64,000 nucleotides of DNA from contig CAYYSJ010000001.1 of the NCBI GenBank assembly GCA_964474445.1, positions 14,530-78,529 of the forward strand, written 5' to 3'. Made by a program: the position numbers and the translations under genes. Within the stretch, counting starts at the first letter, position 1. Every line of letters begins with the position of its first letter. The notes beneath the pieces were generated by a model. It did no database searches and was not told the origin of the DNA. It saw only the letters and a list, made by a program, of their open reading frames with translations. The stretch is from an uncultured Gammaproteobacteria bacterium. Lineage in GTDB: Bacteria > Patescibacteriota > Microgenomatia > Levybacterales > UBA12049. Shown here piece by piece: positions 60,370 through 64,000 of this stretch.

Positions 60370-62034
60370 TTACAAGGTTTTGCGAATTTTTCTTACAAAT
60401 GATAAATGTGATATGGTAATGCCAATAAGTAGCAACAAAGAAAAACATGACACAAGCAAAGAGAGATTTTCAATCGAGGTAGAGCCAACGGATATGGTAA
60501 TATGAAGTATGCCTTTTGGCACAAAAACGTGCAGCAACCCATTAGCATTTTGTGGGCTTAATACGCGATTATTTGCAGTAACAATCCATGATGGGTAATA
60601 GCCTTTGGAAAAGGTTATTTCTGCAGGAGATGTTATCTCAGCGAGGAACACTTCTTTGGTTGTGTCTTTTTTTATAACAGAAATCCTTCCCTCACCGTTT
60701 GTTATAAATGCGTCCTGTTTTGCTTTTTCAGAAAAGACTGGTGTCCATATTGTACGAAACTCATTTCCTGGACTATTAGTTCCATCCATAAAATTTGATC
60801 GTGTTGTGTAATACATGTCATTTCGAAGATGATAAAAAGCAGGATGAGCATAATCATATGTTGATACAAAAAGAATCCCTAAAAATAGAATAGTCCAAAG
60901 GACAGAACGGTTTTTGTAGAAGAAACTTCCAGCAAGAAAAGAACAGATAAGAATCATGAGACTCAGCAGTCTCCAAGGAAATTGAAAATAATGAAGCAGT
61001 GGAACATGTTGCCAAATACCAGAAGAAAATGGTGTCAGCAAAAAAAACGTCACAGTACATGCATAGAGAAAAAAAAGGATCAGTGCCTTGTTTGGATAAC
61101 TTCTCTTAACATATTTTATATAAACAACACAAGCCATACACACTCCAAACAAATTTGCCACGCCAATTTGTACAGACATTTGATTTGTCAGATTATTATC
61201 AAAAAATCCTGACCCCCATGATGGGAAAAGAAGTTGAAAAAGATCAGGGAAGTTCTTTTGTATAGTATAGATTTGCAATCCCTCAACATAGCTTGTTTGA
61301 AACAGTGCTGGAAGCCAAAAGATTGCAGAAAGACCAAGACTAACAAGTATGATATAAAAAGAAGAGAGAAGTATATGCAGCTTTTGTTTGGATTGTAGAA
61401 TAAAAAAAGACATATAAAAAAATGCAAAAATAAAGAACATGAGTGCGAGGATATTATGGGAAAAAATAATAAATGCTAAACTTATGGTTGCATACAAAAA
61501 ATGAGGTATTTTTTGTGAACGAACAAATTTAGTGTATGACCACAACCAAAGAGGAAATAACGCAAGTGCCCATACTTCTCCAACAGAACCTCTAATGTAT
61601 ATGTCAACAAAATGATACGGAGAGAATGAATAAAAGGCCGAAGCAATGCATCCTGCTTGTTCTCCAAAAAAATCTTTTACAAAAAGATAGAAAAAAAATC
61701 CTCCTATAAGCGTTGCAAGGAACATTTCCCCTTTTAAGCTATCAATGGAATTGAAACCAAACGTATGAAATAAAGAAGCGAAGTAATTAGGAAGTGGATA
61801 AACAAATGTAAAAAGTGGAACACCATATCCAAAATTAAAATCTGGGGCCCAGCGAGGATAGACATTCCCTGCTCGTAGCACTTTATCAAACTCGTAAAAG
61901 CGTAAAACATGGTATTCACCATCATGAGTTGGTGGTAATCCTGGATGTAGCAATGCAAAACCTGCGAGAAAAGCAATAAAAAGAGAAAGTAATGCATATT
62001 TTCTCTTTACTATAGTTATAAAAAAAGACCTCAT
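60370..62034 (-). CDS. GT-C-fold membrane protein (PTPS-related/YfhO-like)
   Basis: THDG..H..R, PRW.PD.N.GYG.PLF..YP, PYH..D...RG...E, AIFWLP, QFPWR, YYP.W. Confidence 0.8.
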   Translation of the reverse strand: MRSFFITIVKRKYALLSLFIAFLAGFALLHPGLPPTHDGEYHVLRFYEFDKVLRAGNVYPRWAPDFNFGYGVPLFTFVYPLPNYFASLFHTFGFNSIDSLKGEMFLATLIGGFFFYLFVKDFFGEQAGCIASAFYSFSPYHFVDIYIRGSVGEVWALALFPLWLWSYTKFVRSQKIPHFLYATISLAFIIFSHNILALMFFIFAFFYMSFFILQSKQKLHILLSSFYIILVSLGLSAIFWLPALFQTSYVEGLQIYTIQKNFPDLFQLLFPSWGSGFFDNNLTNQMSVQIGVANLFGVCMACVVYIKYVKRSYPNKALILFFLYACTVTFFLLTPFSSGIWQHVPLLHYFQFPWRLLSLMILICSFLAGSFFYKNRSVLWTILFLGILFVSTYDYAHPAFYHLRNDMYYTTRSNFMDGTNSPGNEFRTIWTPVFSEKAKQDAFITNGEGRISVIKKDTTKEVFLAEITSPAEITFSKGYYPSWIVTANNRVLSPQNANGLLHVFVPKGILHITISVGSTSIENLSLLVSCFSLLLLIGITISHLSFVRKIRKTL

Positions 62035-62043
62035 GGAAGTGTG

Positions 62044-63162
62044 TCAATGCTTATTAAGTGAATTAGTGTAAATCTTTTTCACACCTATTCCTCCAACAAG
62101 AATCATGGCAGGAAGAAACATCAACACTATTTTCAGAAGTGGTGTTGGACCAAAGTATGTTCCAAGGAACATAAAAGGAATATATCGGAGGAGAAGTCCA
62201 CCGGTGAAACTGATAAGAAGAGAGGCAAAAAATGTATTATCAACCAAAAATGTTCCAGGTACTAAAAACCAAAGTGCATACCATGGGTATATCTCTTCAC
62301 GAAAAGATGACAGGAAAAAAATGATACCCATGCACAATGTTACCCAGATAAACAGTTGTTGTTTTCCCCACTTTTTTAGCCATGAGATAAAAAATACTGG
62401 AAGAAGAATGAGTGTTGCGTATTTGATACCAATTGAACAGAGATAAAAAAACAAACTCTTTCCGCTATTTTTATGAGTAAAAAAGTATATCGATAAAAGA
62501 AGGAAAAACATCATCACAATATCATTATGTCCACTCACCAAACATTCAATGACTACAAGAGGGTTGAGTGCAAAAAACACCACTTTGTAAATACTTTTTG
62601 TCATTTTCCAAAGAAGAAATGTGGTAAGGAAATAAAACGTTATTGCAAGCAATTTGAAATGAAAAAGAATAAGAAGAACATTCCCAAACCCCAACAAGAA
62701 CGGTACTCCTGTCAGGAATATCCAAAATGGTGCATAGAGAGCCGTCTTATTTGCTGCATGCATAAAAAGAAGAAGTGGATCACGAAGAAATTCTATTGGC
62801 ATTACAATATAGGGATTTTCATGGTAGAGAAATGTAACTTTTGCTGTTGCAACATAATTAAACACATCAAATGAAAGCATTGCAGGATAAGAAAACAGAA
62901 GAATGAGAGCAGTTACTCCGATAAGAGAAAACATCTGCGTGTTGGATAATTTTTTTTGTTTTGATGCATGTAAAAAGAAAAGATAACACGTGTAAAAAAT
63001 ACTCAAGGATACAATAAACAGAAGTGTAGTAATAGGTCGTTGTGCTTGGGCAATATTGGTAAAAAGAAATCGTAAATAGAAAAAATTTGGATCAATAAAA
63101 AGATAAGAAAAGATAGCAAAAAGCAAAAGAAAGAGTGCATAAAAAACAGCAAGTTTTTTCAT
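62044..63162 (-). CDS. GT-C glycosyltransferase (MptA/B-like)
   Basis: S.DVFNY, ENPY, YAP.W, NPL...E....GHND, IKY, YPWY. Confidence 0.75.
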   Translation of the reverse strand: MKKLAVFYALFLLLFAIFSYLFIDPNFFYLRFLFTNIAQAQRPITTLLFIVSLSIFYTCYLFFLHASKQKKLSNTQMFSLIGVTALILLFSYPAMLSFDVFNYVATAKVTFLYHENPYIVMPIEFLRDPLLLFMHAANKTALYAPFWIFLTGVPFLLGFGNVLLILFHFKLLAITFYFLTTFLLWKMTKSIYKVVFFALNPLVVIECLVSGHNDIVMMFFLLLSIYFFTHKNSGKSLFFYLCSIGIKYATLILLPVFFISWLKKWGKQQLFIWVTLCMGIIFFLSSFREEIYPWYALWFLVPGTFLVDNTFFASLLISFTGGLLLRYIPFMFLGTYFGPTPLLKIVLMFLPAMILVGGIGVKKIYTNSLNKH

Positions 63163-63683
63163 AAATATTTTTCTCTTTGTGTGAGAGATTGTTGTATATG
63201 GGCATGAATGTACAAGGTCGAAGCAGGACTTTTCTCAGGAGACCAGATGAATGTTGCAGGAGTGACACTTAGTATTATTTCCAAAACGTCTTTATGCTTG
63301 AGAACTGCTTCGTGAAGGAGTGCTCTTTTTTCGCTTATATCTTTCCCTTCGCTCTTGGCTTGTTGCAAATATGGCAATGTTTTAGAAAAATACATGTTTG
63401 ATTTCTCAAGCGCTTTGTCTCCTAATAGGTATTGTTGGTATTCAAAAAGCGTTTTTGCCTCAACTAGATATTTATCTGCCTGTTTCAGATTATAGTCAAA
63501 CTGGCCAAAAGACCCAAAATACCAGTATTTCATGAATACTTCCCATACAAGGTGTATTTTGTAGCTCACACTTCCAGGCATAGCTGATGGATACGGTAAA
63601 ACGTATGATGAAGCAAAAAGTGGCTTGAGGAAAACAACAAACAGCATCGTAAACGTCACAAAAGACATAAACAACCGTTGCAT
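63159..63683 (-). CDS. exported hypothetical protein (DUF5667-like)
   Basis: Signal peptide then Y.LPYP..MPG...YK, ADK.L.EA; start uncertain. Confidence 0.6.
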   Translation of the reverse strand: MQRLFMSFVTFTMLFVVFLKPLFASSYVLPYPSAMPGSVSYKIHLVWEVFMKYWYFGSFGQFDYNLKQADKYLVEAKTLFEYQQYLLGDKALEKSNMYFSKTLPYLQQAKSEGKDISEKRALLHEAVLKHKDVLEIILSVTPATFIWSPEKSPASTLYIHAHIQQSLTQREKYL

Positions 63684-63830
63684 AATATATATGCATTGTA
63701 ATTGCTTCCTTTCTTTAGAGCAAGATATATTCTTGCTTCTCTCTAACATTTCTTTGGTTGTTTTCTCCCAATGCCTACCTAGCATGTATCTTAGACAAAC
63801 AATCTATCGGTAAAAAAGGAGGTGAGAGTT

Positions 63831-64000
63831 ATGGCATATCAATACACGAATAAAAAGGGAACAACATATTACTTACATCAGACAAATGTCCAGTTACGAG
63901 GTGGTAATAGAAATCAAACAATTTACTATTTCTCTCGACAAGTCGGAGAGAAGGCGATTGATGCTGTCCCAGAAGGATTTGAAGTCGTAGAAAACCAGAG
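63831..64000 (+). CDS. small conserved hypothetical protein, truncated by the window end
   Basis: Strong SD AAAGGAGGTGA; MAYQYTNKKGTTYYLHQTNVQLRGGNRNQTIYYFSRQVGEKAIDAVPEGFEVVEN. Confidence 0.8.
   Translation, partial: MAYQYTNKKGTTYYLHQTNVQLRGGNRNQTIYYFSRQVGEKAIDAVPEGFEVVENQ

Overview
Gene-dense, AT-rich bacterial DNA using the standard code. Gene content and style (giant Gly/Thr-rich surface protein, several GT-C membrane proteins, many orphan ORFs, mostly leaderless-type promoters) suggest a Patescibacteria/CPR genome, probably Microgenomates; this is an inference. The most striking locus is a tightly coupled minus-strand operon at 7959-20005. It encodes F1-ATPase epsilon, beta, gamma, alpha, delta and b, but has no subunit a. 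Its c-like subunit lacks the ion-binding carboxylate and carries an exported domain homologous to the C-terminal autochaperone-like domain of a 2057-aa tail-fibre-like protein encoded where atpB normally sits. This looks like an F1 motor repurposed for export, folding or rotation of a surface fibre. Other notable items: (1) single-gene cassettes downstream of tRNA-Gln separated by a degenerate GTTC-N18-CCAGC motif; (2) a 7-1-7 palindrome TGCAACTWAGTTGCA at three promoters, next to an unannotated CC1/DUF5679-like protein and an atypical Clp ATPase; (3) a GT-C/GT2/HlyD-like/GH81 beta-glucan operon; (4) a Cu/Ni-handling trio; (5) a stress cluster with two histidine kinases, KGG proteins and a stand-alone cyanophycin-synthetase-N-like domain. 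No rRNA, CRISPR array, integrase or transposase was recognised. All family assignments come from motif recognition by eye, not database searches.
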